Assembly (NCBI GenBank): GCA_964527765.1 | Contig: CAZGQR010000001.1 | Coordinates: forward strand, 246,353-310,352 | Length of the DNA: 64,000 bases | Direction of reading: 5' to 3' | From: an uncultured Planctomycetia bacterium | Lineage (GTDB): Bacteria; Omnitrophota; Gorgyraeia; Tantalellales; Tantalellaceae | In this document: positions 18,471 to 28,878 of the stretch, piece by piece | Position numbering within the stretch: position 1 is the first letter of the stretch | How the letters are laid out: the number at the start of each line of letters is the position of its first letter | Notes under the pieces: generated by a model | The model's input: the letters and a program-made list of their open reading frames with translations, nothing else | The model's database searches: none | What the model was told of the DNA's origin: nothing | Translations under genes and position numbers: made by a program

Positions 18471-19268
18471 TTATACGGGTAGTCTTTCGCGTCTGTCGCC
18501 CAATCTCGGTATGCAGCTTATAAGCCGCCGCGTGTACCGCTCGCGCGGGCGCCCTAAAACTTCTTCCTTGGTCCCTTTTTCCACCACAGTCCCCTGCTTC
18601 ATAACACATACCTCGTCGGCGATCATATTGACCACCGAGAAATCGTGCGTGATGAAAAGGATGGCGAACCTGTTCTCTTCCTGGATCTGTTTTATGAGAT
18701 CCAGTATCTGTTTTTGTATGGACACATCCAGGGCCGTGGTCGGTTCATCCAGTATCAATACGTCCGGATCACAGGCGAGCGCCATGGCCAGTATCACCCT
18801 CTGCCGCATGCCCCCGGAGAGCTCATGCGGGTATCGCCCGGACGTCTCGGGTGAAAGTTTCACCATATCCAGAAGCTCTTTTACGCGCCCGGCTACCCGG
18901 ATGCGGGAATAGCCCTTGTGAGCGACAATAGCTTCGGATATCTGGTCCCCGGCGCGCATGACCGGGTTCAAGGCCGTGAACGGTTCCTGAAAAACCATCG
19001 CGATACCGTCACCCCTTATTTTTCTCATCTCCCCCGTCTCAAGGTCAAAAACATTTCTGCCCTTGAATTTTATCTCACCTTTCTCGCGCACGGACACCAT
19101 GGGAAGCAGATCAAGCACGGCGAGCGCCGTCAGTGTTTTTCCGCTTCCGGACTCACCGACCAGCGCCAGAATGCGCCCCGGATGAAGATCGAAATCCACC
19201 TTATCGATGACACGCCTGCCGTCGATGCTTACCGTAAGATCCTTCACTTCAAGCACTTTATCGTTCAT
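18471..19268 (-). CDS. Peptide/nickel ABC transporter ATPase (OppD/DppD-like)
   Basis: GESGSGKT, YPHELSGGMRQR and DEPTTALDV motifs. Confidence 0.93.
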   Translation of the reverse strand: MNDKVLEVKDLTVSIDGRRVIDKVDFDLHPGRILALVGESGSGKTLTALAVLDLLPMVSVREKGEIKFKGRNVFDLETGEMRKIRGDGIAMVFQEPFTALNPVMRAGDQISEAIVAHKGYSRIRVAGRVKELLDMVKLSPETSGRYPHELSGGMRQRVILAMALACDPDVLILDEPTTALDVSIQKQILDLIKQIQEENRFAILFITHDFSVVNMIADEVCVMKQGTVVEKGTKEEVLGRPRERYTRRLISCIPRLGDRRERLPV

Positions 19269-19271
19269 ACG

Positions 19272-20087
19272 CTACCTTCGCTCTCTTAACTTCGGGTCCA
19301 GTATCTCCCTCAGCCCCTCTCCTATAAGATTAAAGCTGAGCACGGTTATGAGTATCGCCAGGCCCGGAAAAAGCGTAAGCCACCAGGCATAATCGATATA
19401 GTTCTTTCCGGCTGTCAATATGTTGCCCCAGCTTGGAGCCGGTATCTGGACTCCCAGACCGAGAAAAGAGAGAGCGCTTTCCACGAGTATCGCGGCTCCC
19501 ACGCTCAGAGTAGCGCTCACATATACGGGAGCCATGGCATTCGGCAGGACATGGCGGAATATTATGCGCATATCCGGAACGCCCTGGACCCCGGCCGAAT
19601 GCACGAAGTCCCTTTCCCGAAGCGTCAGAAATTCCGCGCGGACAAGACGGCAAAGTCCTGCCCAGCTCGTCAGGCCGATAACGACCATCACGTTCACTAT
19701 GTTCGGCCCGAGAAAAGCTATTACCATCATTATTAGAAAAAACGTCGGAAAACAGTACATGACCTCGACAAGGCGCATGATAACACCGTCCACCCATCCG
19801 CCGTAATATCCGCTTAATCCGCCTAAAAAAATGCCTATGGCCAGAGAGATAAAAACCGCTATAAAGCCGACGCTCAGGGATATCCGCGCGCCGTATACCA
19901 TCCGGCTGAACACGTCGCGTCCGAGATTGTCCGTGCCGAAAAGGTGCTCCGGGGAAGGCGCCTGCAGCCTCGCCCCGGGAGAAAGATCCATCGCCAGCGG
20001 ATCGCATGTCGCCACCAGCGGAGCAAAGATCGCCGCGAGCGCCATCATGCTGACTATCGTCACGCCGAATATTATTCTTTTATTCAT
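19272..20087 (-). CDS. Peptide ABC transporter permease (OppC/DppC-like)
   Basis: FGTDNLGRD, RHVLPN and LSFLGLG..SWG motifs; multiple TM helices. Confidence 0.93.
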   Translation of the reverse strand: MNKRIIFGVTIVSMMALAAIFAPLVATCDPLAMDLSPGARLQAPSPEHLFGTDNLGRDVFSRMVYGARISLSVGFIAVFISLAIGIFLGGLSGYYGGWVDGVIMRLVEVMYCFPTFFLIMMVIAFLGPNIVNVMVVIGLTSWAGLCRLVRAEFLTLRERDFVHSAGVQGVPDMRIIFRHVLPNAMAPVYVSATLSVGAAILVESALSFLGLGVQIPAPSWGNILTAGKNYIDYAWWLTLFPGLAILITVLSFNLIGEGLREILDPKLRERR

Positions 20088-20093
20088 TCCTTT

Positions 20094-21074
20094 TTACTCG
20101 CGTTTTTCGAACCTTATCCTTGGGTCGACAAATGCGTACAGCACATCCGATAAAAATATGCCCAGAAGCGTCAAAAAGGTGGCGATAACGCCCACTCCCA
20201 TCACTACCGGGTAATCATAATTCATGATGGCTTCATACCCGAGCCGCCCCATGCCGGGCCAGGCAAATATAGTCTCGAAGATAAAACTGCCGGAGACCAG
20301 TCCCGGCAAAGTGAGCCCCATGATCGTAACGATAGGCAAAAGAGCGTTCCTTAAGACATGCGCCATGATCACCCGTTTTTCGGGAAGTCCTTTTGCCCGG
20401 GCGGTAAGGACGTAATTCTCTCCCATGGCTTCGATCATGCTCGACCTGGAATAACGCGACAGCGCCGCCAAAGCCCCGAACGCCGTCGCCGCCACCGGAA
20501 GGACCAGGTGCCATATGAGGTCCTTGAACCTGGCAAATCCGTCCAGATAAGCGGTATACCAAGGGCTCATGCCGGAGATCGGGAACCACTGTAATTTAAA
20601 ACCGAACAGAAGTATCAATAAAAGCGCCAGCCAGAACGTAGGCATCGCGTAACCGATGAAAACCAGGATCGTCATCACCCGGTCGAACAGGGAATTTCTC
20701 CTGACGGCACTTACTATTCCTATGGGAATGGCGACGCAGAAAATGACCAGAAGAGAGACGCCCTGCAGGAGAATGGTGGCCGGTAAACGCGCCAGTATCT
20801 TTGAGGTGACCGGACGGTCATCCGTCAGCGACCTGCCGAAATCCAGCGAGAGGAACCTCCTCATCCACAGGGCATACTGGGTCAGAACAGGCCTGTCCAG
20901 ATCGTACATCCTGCTGAAATTGGCCCTGGCGCTTCCGGAGACTTCGGGATTCAGCCCGTATCTTATGCTCGCCGGGTCCCCGGGAGCAAAATGCATGACC
21001 ACGAACATGATGAACGAGATCCCTATGAGCATGGGGATGATCAGCAACAATCGTTTAATAACGTATCTGCGCAT
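20094..21074 (-). CDS. Peptide ABC transporter permease (OppB/DppB-like)
   Basis: PGDP, DFGRS, TARAKGL, ETIFAWPGMG and DPRI motifs. Confidence 0.93.
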   Translation of the reverse strand: MRRYVIKRLLLIIPMLIGISFIMFVVMHFAPGDPASIRYGLNPEVSGSARANFSRMYDLDRPVLTQYALWMRRFLSLDFGRSLTDDRPVTSKILARLPATILLQGVSLLVIFCVAIPIGIVSAVRRNSLFDRVMTILVFIGYAMPTFWLALLLILLFGFKLQWFPISGMSPWYTAYLDGFARFKDLIWHLVLPVAATAFGALAALSRYSRSSMIEAMGENYVLTARAKGLPEKRVIMAHVLRNALLPIVTIMGLTLPGLVSGSFIFETIFAWPGMGRLGYEAIMNYDYPVVMGVGVIATFLTLLGIFLSDVLYAFVDPRIRFEKRE

Positions 21075-21088
21075 GGTAAATTAAAGGC

Positions 21089-21135
21089 GGGACAGGTTTA
21101 CTGCAGCAGCATAATCCCGGGACTAAACCTGTCCC
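21089..21135. repeat. REP-like element family A, copy 1 (GGGACAGGTTTA-N23-TAAACCTGTCCC)
   Basis: Perfect 12-bp IR; homologous copy at 24043-24089 in opposite orientation. Confidence 0.8.
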
Positions 21136-21150
21136 ATTTATTTCCTATTA

Positions 21151-22824
21151 TCAAAACTTGTATTTAACCTCCCGCTCCGGCACGCGCCAGTCGATGAAAT
21201 TATAACCGATCCCGGCAGGCGCCGGCTTGATCCCCTCAAAGCGTTTCTGCACCGCGGGAGTGGCGTAAGGAAAGAACAAAAAAGTATAAGGAGCGTCCTC
21301 CGATATGTACCGGTGTATCTTGCGGTATATCTCCTCCCTCCGGGCAGGATCGAATTCCCTTCGGCCGAGTTCAATAAGTTCATCCACGCGCCTGTCTGAA
21401 TAGGAAATAAAATTAAGTCCTCTTTCTCTCATGGAATCCGTATGCCAGACAGAGTAGATATCGGGGTCGACGGGAATGGTCCATCCAAGTATAACGGCCT
21501 GGAACTGTTTCCTGTTCACGAACTGATCCAGAAACGCCGACCAGGCCACCACCTGTATCTCCGCTTTTATGCCCAGGCGGGCCCACTGGCCCTGCACTAT
21601 CGTTGCGACGTCTTCCCTGACCTGGTTGCCCTGGTTGGTCGCTATTCTGAGGCGGAACTCTTCCCCGCCCCTTTCCAGTATCCCGTCAGCATCGGTATCC
21701 GACCACCCGGCTTCCCGCAAAAGTTCCGCGGCTTTAACCGGATCATGACCATACCCGGGAACCGTTTCATCGTAATACGGCGTTCCCCGTAAAAAAGGTC
21801 CCGTGCACTCTTCCCCCAGACCCAACAGCACGGCATCTATGATCTCCTTTTTGTTTATCGCGTAACTCAACGCCCGGCGGACCCTTCTGTCCCCGAACAA
21901 CGGATCTTTCAAATTATATCCGATATAAACATATGAATGCGACAGGTATTTATATTTCCTGATCCTGTCGGTGAACTGCCGGGTATTGCTGCGGTAAAAA
22001 AATTGATAGGGATTCAGGTCCATTGAATCGGCCTGTTCCGCCACAAGCTCGAGGAACTGCACGGCCTGATCCGGAACGATCCTGTAAACATATCTTTTGA
22101 TGCCGGGGGCGTGTTCAAAATAGTCGGGATTGGCTTCCAGTATGATATACCGTCCGCTTTCCCACTCCGAAAACATGTACGGCCCCGTGCCGACGGGCGC
22201 TCTTGCCTGCGGGATCCTCCTGATATCCTTTATATCCCTGAAAAGATGTTCGGGGACGATACCCATGCCGAACTTCAGCAATGCGGGAGCATAAGGACGG
22301 CTGTAATAAAACCTTATAGTGTGGGGGTCTATGACCTCGATCTTCGCGATATCCGCGTAGCTTGAGATATACGGACAACCTGTCCCGGGATCGAGCATGG
22401 TCTCAAAAGTAAAACGGACATCCCCGGCGGTAAAAGGCCTGCCGTCATGCCACCGCACACCTTTCCGCAAATAAAACGTTATCGAAAGGCCTCCGTCGGC
22501 TACTTCCCATCGCTCGGCCAGGTCTCCTACCACGTTAAGGTCTTTATCGATCTTGGTCAGACCGTTGTAGACAAGGGAGCATATAGAGCTCGATGTGGAA
22601 TCGTCGGCCAGAAAGGGTATCAATATCCTGGCGTCACCGATACCGGAAGAAACATAAGCGTCGCGGCTTACCCATTCCCCGTGCTGGGAATATGACATGG
22701 CGGCCGGGACAAGCAAAAAAAAGATCACTGCCCCCGACAAGAACAGTGATCTCTTAAAAGTACCTGTGCGATGCTTGATCTTCAACACAGATCCCGTGGA
22801 GTTAATATGATACCTGAATATCAT
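21151..22824 (-). CDS. Peptide ABC transporter substrate-binding protein (OppA/AppA-like)
   Basis: LAERWE..LRKGVRWHDG.PFTA.DV, GTGPY and VRRALSYAI motifs; N-terminal hydrophobic signal; ATGA overlap with secG. Confidence 0.93.
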   Translation of the reverse strand: MIFRYHINSTGSVLKIKHRTGTFKRSLFLSGAVIFFLLVPAAMSYSQHGEWVSRDAYVSSGIGDARILIPFLADDSTSSSICSLVYNGLTKIDKDLNVVGDLAERWEVADGGLSITFYLRKGVRWHDGRPFTAGDVRFTFETMLDPGTGCPYISSYADIAKIEVIDPHTIRFYYSRPYAPALLKFGMGIVPEHLFRDIKDIRRIPQARAPVGTGPYMFSEWESGRYIILEANPDYFEHAPGIKRYVYRIVPDQAVQFLELVAEQADSMDLNPYQFFYRSNTRQFTDRIRKYKYLSHSYVYIGYNLKDPLFGDRRVRRALSYAINKKEIIDAVLLGLGEECTGPFLRGTPYYDETVPGYGHDPVKAAELLREAGWSDTDADGILERGGEEFRLRIATNQGNQVREDVATIVQGQWARLGIKAEIQVVAWSAFLDQFVNRKQFQAVILGWTIPVDPDIYSVWHTDSMRERGLNFISYSDRRVDELIELGRREFDPARREEIYRKIHRYISEDAPYTFLFFPYATPAVQKRFEGIKPAPAGIGYNFIDWRVPEREVKYKF

Positions 22825-23219
22825 TGACCTTCTGACGCCGGGCCGCTTTCTTCAGTCTGAGAGACAGCTTTCCCGGCCGGCACTGTCTCTTTCGACGGCA
22901 GCTCTGCCGGTTGCGCCGAAGGAGAAGTCCTCTGTTGAGAAGCCACAGGCGCCGCCGGTAAGGGTGCCGCTTCAAAAAGCGACCTGCCCCTTCTGGCAGT
23001 CACCATTCCCAGAATAAGGGACGTGACCAAAAAAAGTATGGCACTCATCGTGGTGGCCTTCTTAAGAAGGACCGGCGCCTGGGTCCCAAGCACCGATTGC
23101 GCCATCTCTCCGCCGCCGAACATCTCGGTCAACCCCCCGCCTCTGCCGGCCTGAAGCAATATCATGGCTATCAAAAAGATGCATACGATTATATGGATGG
23201 TTATTAATAGTAAATACAT
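22821..23219 (-). CDS. secG: Preprotein translocase subunit SecG
   Basis: ILLQAGRGGGL..FGG motif, two TM helices, follows tpiA. Confidence 0.93.
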   Translation of the reverse strand: MYLLLITIHIIVCIFLIAMILLQAGRGGGLTEMFGGGEMAQSVLGTQAPVLLKKATTMSAILFLVTSLILGMVTARRGRSLFEAAPLPAAPVASQQRTSPSAQPAELPSKETVPAGKAVSQTEESGPASEGQ

Positions 23220-23220
23220 T

Positions 23221-24009
23221 TTAGGCGATCTTCTTCTCCTTTTCCGCGTAAAGCTGTGACGTCGTCTTGATTATATCAATGAAACTCCCTGCTTGCAAGC
23301 TTGCGCCGCCGATCAGGCCGCCGTCAATATCCTCTTCGGTCATGAGGTCCCTTATATTATCGGGCTTGACGCTGCCCCCGTACAGTATGCGCTTCGATCC
23401 GGACAGGGATTCCGAATATAACTCACCCAGGAGTCCTCTGATCATGGCTTGTACTTCCTGCGCCTGGTCCGGGGTCGCGGTCTTCCCCGTTCCTATTGCC
23501 CAGACCGGTTCATAAGCGACCACCAGCGGGTCCAGATATGTCTCTTCAAAACCCTTGAGCCCGTCGGTCACCTGTGTCCTGACAACCTCCAGGGTCCTGC
23601 CCGCTTCTCTTTCTTCAAGGGTCTCTCCCACGCACATTATGGGAATAAGGCCGCCGTCCATGGCTGCTGCGATCTTCCGGTTTACTGTCCCATCCGTTTC
23701 TCCGAAATATTTTCTTCGCTCCGAATGGCCTATGATCACATATCTGCATCCGACACTTTTGATCATGGGGACAGAGATCTCTCCCGTAAAAGCACCTTCA
23801 CTCTCCCAGTAACAGTTCTGGGCGCCCAGGGCGATATTGCTCTCGACCAGCATTTCTCCGACATCGCCAAGATCGGTAAAAGGAGGGCAAAGGACGATCT
23901 CGACGTTCTCTATGTCGAACGTGGACCGTTTTATGTCATTGGCCAGTTTAATGGCTTCATTGACATCCTTATACATCTTCCAGTTTCCGGCAATTATCGG
24001 CTTTCTCAT
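23221..24009 (-). CDS. tpiA: Triosephosphate isomerase
   Basis: AGNWKM, GAFTGE, GHSERR and AYEPVWAIGTG motifs. Confidence 0.99.
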   Translation of the reverse strand: MRKPIIAGNWKMYKDVNEAIKLANDIKRSTFDIENVEIVLCPPFTDLGDVGEMLVESNIALGAQNCYWESEGAFTGEISVPMIKSVGCRYVIIGHSERRKYFGETDGTVNRKIAAAMDGGLIPIMCVGETLEEREAGRTLEVVRTQVTDGLKGFEETYLDPLVVAYEPVWAIGTGKTATPDQAQEVQAMIRGLLGELYSESLSGSKRILYGGSVKPDNIRDLMTEEDIDGGLIGGASLQAGSFIDIIKTTSQLYAEKEKKIA

Positions 24010-24042
24010 TTCTCTCCTTTTACGGAAGCAAATAAAAATATA

Positions 24043-24089
24043 GGGACTGGTTCAAGCCAAAATCTATACTACGCCGGTGAACCTGTCCC
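24043..24089. repeat. REP-like element family A, copy 2
   Basis: GGGACTGGTTCA-N23-TGAACCTGTCCC, with the same AAAGGC flank as copy 1 on the opposite strand. Confidence 0.8.
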
Positions 24090-24117
24090 GCCTTTCAGTT
24101 AAGTTGTACCGCCCGGT

Positions 24118-25296
24118 TTATCTATCATTCAATGCCGCAATACCGGGAAGTTCCTTTCCCTCAAGATACTCCAGCGAGGCTCCGCCTCCGGTGGACATAT
24201 GCGACATCTTGCTCCCCAGTTTCAACTGATTGATCGCCGCGACCGTATCCCCGCCGCCTATTACCGTGGTTGCATCGAGCTTGGCCATGCACTTCGCCAG
24301 TTCCCGCGTGCCCGTGGAGAACGGTTTCATCTCAAACAATCCCATGGGCCCGTTCCAGACGATCGTCTTTGACTCTTTCAGGATCGACTTGTAGCTCTTT
24401 ATTGTTTCGGGGCCGATATCCAGACCGATCCAGCCGTCGGGAATATGCTCCTTCACTATCTTCCGCTTGGCGTTCTCCTTGATCTCCCGCGCAACAACAT
24501 GGTCCCTGGGCAGGAAAATGCTGACATTTTTCGCGCTGGCTTTTTCGAATATCTCGCCCGCGGTCCCGATCATATCCTCCTCTACCCGGGACGCGCCTAC
24601 ACCCTTAAGTCTGGACTTGAGAAAAGTATATGCCATGGCTCCGCCGATCAGGAGAAAATTGATCTTATCCAGCATGTTCTCGATAAGCGGTATCTTATCT
24701 GCCACCTTTGCTCCGCCGAGCACCAGACAGAACGGTTTGTCGGGGTCTTTTGTTACCTTTTCGAAATATTCTATCTCCTTCTGCACGAGAAAACCTGCCA
24801 CACTGGGCAGATACTCGGTAACTCCCACGGTCGAGGCATGCGCCCGGTGACAGGTGCCGAACGCGTCCTCCACGAATATTTCCCCCAGGGATGCAAGCTG
24901 TTTCGCGAAACCCGGATCGTTCTTGGTCTCTTCCTTATGAAACCTCAGGTTCTCCAGGAGTATGACATCTTCTTCCTTCATTTCGCTTACGGCTTCTTCC
25001 ACATCGTCCCCGATACAATCATCCATCTTTCTGACGTTCTTCTTGAGCAGGACGGAAAGTCTTTCCGCTACCGGATCCATGCAAAGTTCGGGCTTGACCT
25101 CGCCTTTCGGGCGCCCGAGATGGCTCATAAGAACAAGCTTTCCTTTATTGTCCATGATATATCTTATTGACGGTAACGCCGCCACTATCCTGCTGTCATC
25201 GGTGATGTTGCGCCTCTCATCCAGAGGAACGTTGAAATCGGCCCGCATCAGCACTCTTTTGCCTTTTAACTGGACATCCTTAAGGGTCTTTTTCAT
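24118..25296 (-). CDS. pgk: Phosphoglycerate kinase
   Basis: RADFNVP, SHLGRP, LENLRF, GGAKV, WNGPMG and STGGGASLE motifs. Confidence 0.99.
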   Translation of the reverse strand: MKKTLKDVQLKGKRVLMRADFNVPLDERRNITDDSRIVAALPSIRYIMDNKGKLVLMSHLGRPKGEVKPELCMDPVAERLSVLLKKNVRKMDDCIGDDVEEAVSEMKEEDVILLENLRFHKEETKNDPGFAKQLASLGEIFVEDAFGTCHRAHASTVGVTEYLPSVAGFLVQKEIEYFEKVTKDPDKPFCLVLGGAKVADKIPLIENMLDKINFLLIGGAMAYTFLKSRLKGVGASRVEEDMIGTAGEIFEKASAKNVSIFLPRDHVVAREIKENAKRKIVKEHIPDGWIGLDIGPETIKSYKSILKESKTIVWNGPMGLFEMKPFSTGTRELAKCMAKLDATTVIGGGDTVAAINQLKLGSKMSHMSTGGGASLEYLEGKELPGIAALNDR

Positions 25297-25316
25297 CTGA
25301 TACCTCCGCTAACCTT

Positions 25317-26404
<1,088 letters not shown>

Positions 26405-26411
26405 TCTTTTT

Positions 26412-27803
26412 TTAATTAGTCAACCATCTCAATCCGCGTTTAAGGATAAACATAAGATGTTCGAAACTGTTGACTTCCCTTAAAAGTTTGATCATTATTT
26501 TCAGCCTGAAATAAAACCTGATAAAGCCCATGAACCGTATCCGCTCCAGTTGTTTTTTTGTTACATTTTTCGGCACGTAACTGACGGTGTGCAGAGAATG
26601 CCTGCTCGCGTCGAAATCAAACACATATTCACCGGTATCGCACAATTTTTGATATTCTTCAGAGCCGGGATACGGCTGGAAATAAGAAATACCTATACGG
26701 TCCAGCTCCAGTTTTGGAGCAAAATCTATAGTGTTGTTCATCTGCTCCAGGGTCTCGCCGGGAAAACCGATTATGAAAAAGCCTCCGATATCCAAGCCCG
26801 CCTTCTTGGCAAGCGCTATGCTGGCCTTGATCTTATCTTTCGTGATCCCCTTTTTGATCTTTTTCAATATTTCGGCGTCCCCGCTCTCGATGCCGACGTT
26901 CACTGCATAACATCCCGCTTTTCGCATCAATCTAAGGGTTCCCAGGTCCAGGTTGTCCAGGCGCAGACCGTTCGGAAAAGCCCATGTTATCCCGAGTCCC
27001 TCCTTTAAAAGACATTCCGAGAAATCGATCACCCTTTCTTTTTTCATTGAAAAGTTATCGTCCTCGATATGGATCTCCTTGACCCCAAAATCCTTCTTTA
27101 GATATCTGATCTCTTCTATCACATTCTCGATGCTTCTATATCGCACTTTCTTGCCGGACAAGGAACCCGCGGAGCAAAACGTGCATGGATACGGACATCC
27201 CCTTGAAGTGATCATGGGCGCATAGGGGTATTGCCTGTAAAATGCTCCGTGAGGGGCCTTCGGGTAACCGGCCGGGGGCATCAACTTCCATTTCGGAAAA
27301 GGTATTTTATCCAGATCATCTATGCGCGTTCCGGCATTGACCTTTATTTCCCCTCCTTTCCTCCACACGAGACCGGGGATTTCGTTAAACTTGTCTTCCG
27401 CACCGCCGGCCTCTAACGTTTCTACAAACTCAGAAAACGCTAACTCGGATTCGCCCGTGAAACCATAATCAATATACTCTCGAAGATATTCAAACGTCCG
27501 GCGCGGCATTAACGACATCTGCACCCCGCCCAGTACGATCTTTGCGTTCGGCACTATCGTGGCCGCCCTGGACATCAATTTTTTCACCTGAAATATGTCC
27601 CTGGAATACGCGCTGAATCCCAAAATATCCGGCTGTTCGCCCGCTATGGACCTTATTAATGTCTCCTCCGGGACTTTATGCCGTAATTGATCAAGGATCA
27701 TCACTTTATGCCTTGGCGACAAGCTTGAAGCAAGATAACCATAATGCAAAGGCATGATCACTTCATCAGAAATGGAAAAAAGCCTGAGAAATATTATTTT
27801 CAC
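26412..27803 (-). CDS. B12-binding-domain radical SAM protein (class B-like)
   Basis: N-terminal cobalamin-binding region (PDILGFS..KIVLGG), SRGCPYPCTFC, DDNF, GIESG and FIIGFPGET. Start set at GTG 27803 (uncertain). Confidence 0.88.
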   Translation of the reverse strand: MKIIFLRLFSISDEVIMPLHYGYLASSLSPRHKVMILDQLRHKVPEETLIRSIAGEQPDILGFSAYSRDIFQVKKLMSRAATIVPNAKIVLGGVQMSLMPRRTFEYLREYIDYGFTGESELAFSEFVETLEAGGAEDKFNEIPGLVWRKGGEIKVNAGTRIDDLDKIPFPKWKLMPPAGYPKAPHGAFYRQYPYAPMITSRGCPYPCTFCSAGSLSGKKVRYRSIENVIEEIRYLKKDFGVKEIHIEDDNFSMKKERVIDFSECLLKEGLGITWAFPNGLRLDNLDLGTLRLMRKAGCYAVNVGIESGDAEILKKIKKGITKDKIKASIALAKKAGLDIGGFFIIGFPGETLEQMNNTIDFAPKLELDRIGISYFQPYPGSEEYQKLCDTGEYVFDFDASRHSLHTVSYVPKNVTKKQLERIRFMGFIRFYFRLKIMIKLLREVNSFEHLMFILKRGLRWLTN

Positions 27804-27816
27804 AGCAAAAACCCCG

Positions 27817-28752
27817 TTACGCCCCCAAAACCGTACCTTTTTCAAACCGGTGACCGCGAAGAAATTCATTCGAGGTCATTACTTTCTTGCCTTCAAGCTG
27901 CAGCCTATCCACCCTGAGGGCTCCTTTACCGGTATTTACGATAAACTCTCCCTCCCCGAGAACCGCTCCCGGAACACCGGCTTTTTCCGCAACATCGATT
28001 ACCGCGGCCTCGAGTATCTTCAGCGTCCTGCCGTCAAGGAAGGTAAAGGCTCCCGGCCACGGCTGCATTCCTTTCACCTTTCTGGCTATTTCCTCCGCCG
28101 GTCTGCCCCAATCTATTTCGCCCTCTTTTTTCTCAAGCTTCGGCGCATAAGACGCTTCCTTTTCGTCCTGTTCCTTGAGATCCTCTTTTCCGGCTTCTAT
28201 TACTTCCAGTGCCTTCAATATCAGGTCCGCTCCGCTTCGCGAAAGTCTCTCGAGCAGACCGGCCGCATTTTCGTCCTCGCCTATTCCGGTCCTTTCCTGC
28301 ATGATTATTCTTCCCGCGTCCATGCGCTCCGCCATCTTTATCACGGTATTACCGGTTTCCTTATCCCCGCTGAGTATCGCCCGGTTCACGGGAGAGGCAC
28401 CGCGGTGCCTGGGCAATAGAGACGGATGCAGGTTCACGCACCCTTTGCGAGGCAGCTCAAGGATCTCCCTGCTCAGGAGCCGGCCGTAATCCACCACCAC
28501 GAACACATCCGCGTCTATATTCTTTAATGAATCGACGAATCCCGGGTCGGATACCTTCTCCGGCTGAAAGATGCTGACACCCGGGGACATTTGTTCCACC
28601 AGCGCTTTAACCGGTGTCGGCTGGACATTCCACCCCCGTCCTCTTTTTCTGTCCGGCTGAGTCACCACCGCGACGATCTGATGATCGCTTTCGACCAGCT
28701 TTCTAAGCGTCGGCAGGCCGAATTTTCCCGTCCCGAAAAAAATTACCTTCAT
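27817..28752 (-). CDS. fmt: Methionyl-tRNA formyltransferase
   Basis: VVTQPDR..GRG, NLHPSLLP.HRGASP, MDAG and PWPGA motifs. Confidence 0.97.
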   Translation of the reverse strand: MKVIFFGTGKFGLPTLRKLVESDHQIVAVVTQPDRKRGRGWNVQPTPVKALVEQMSPGVSIFQPEKVSDPGFVDSLKNIDADVFVVVDYGRLLSREILELPRKGCVNLHPSLLPRHRGASPVNRAILSGDKETGNTVIKMAERMDAGRIIMQERTGIGEDENAAGLLERLSRSGADLILKALEVIEAGKEDLKEQDEKEASYAPKLEKKEGEIDWGRPAEEIARKVKGMQPWPGAFTFLDGRTLKILEAAVIDVAEKAGVPGAVLGEGEFIVNTGKGALRVDRLQLEGKKVMTSNEFLRGHRFEKGTVLGA

Positions 28753-28804
28753 AGCGTTTCACTCCATAAGTTTAGTCTTGACCCCTCGTTTCACTTCCTT
28801 CGTT

Positions 28805-28823
28805 TCCCTCGCTTCGCTCGGGA
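28805..28823 (-). repeat. GCGAAGC mini-hairpin with tandem GA pairs (REP-like)
   Basis: Minus strand reads TCCC-GA-GC-GAA-GC-GA-GGGA. Confidence 0.6.
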
Positions 28824-28825
28824 TA

Positions 28826-28878
28826 AATTCGGCCGTATAACTTAACTTCACTATCGCTCGTTAAGTTATGGCCTCATT
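28826..28878. repeat. Palindromic element family B, copy 1
   Basis: IR ATAACTTAAC...GTTAAGTTAT. Reverse complement aligns along its whole length to 51978-52031. Confidence 0.8.

Noticed and set aside
28826-28878. Integron attC site (TAAC...GTTA ends in family B)
   Set aside because: Too short, no L boxes, no cassette array or integrase, and the flanking genes are housekeeping.
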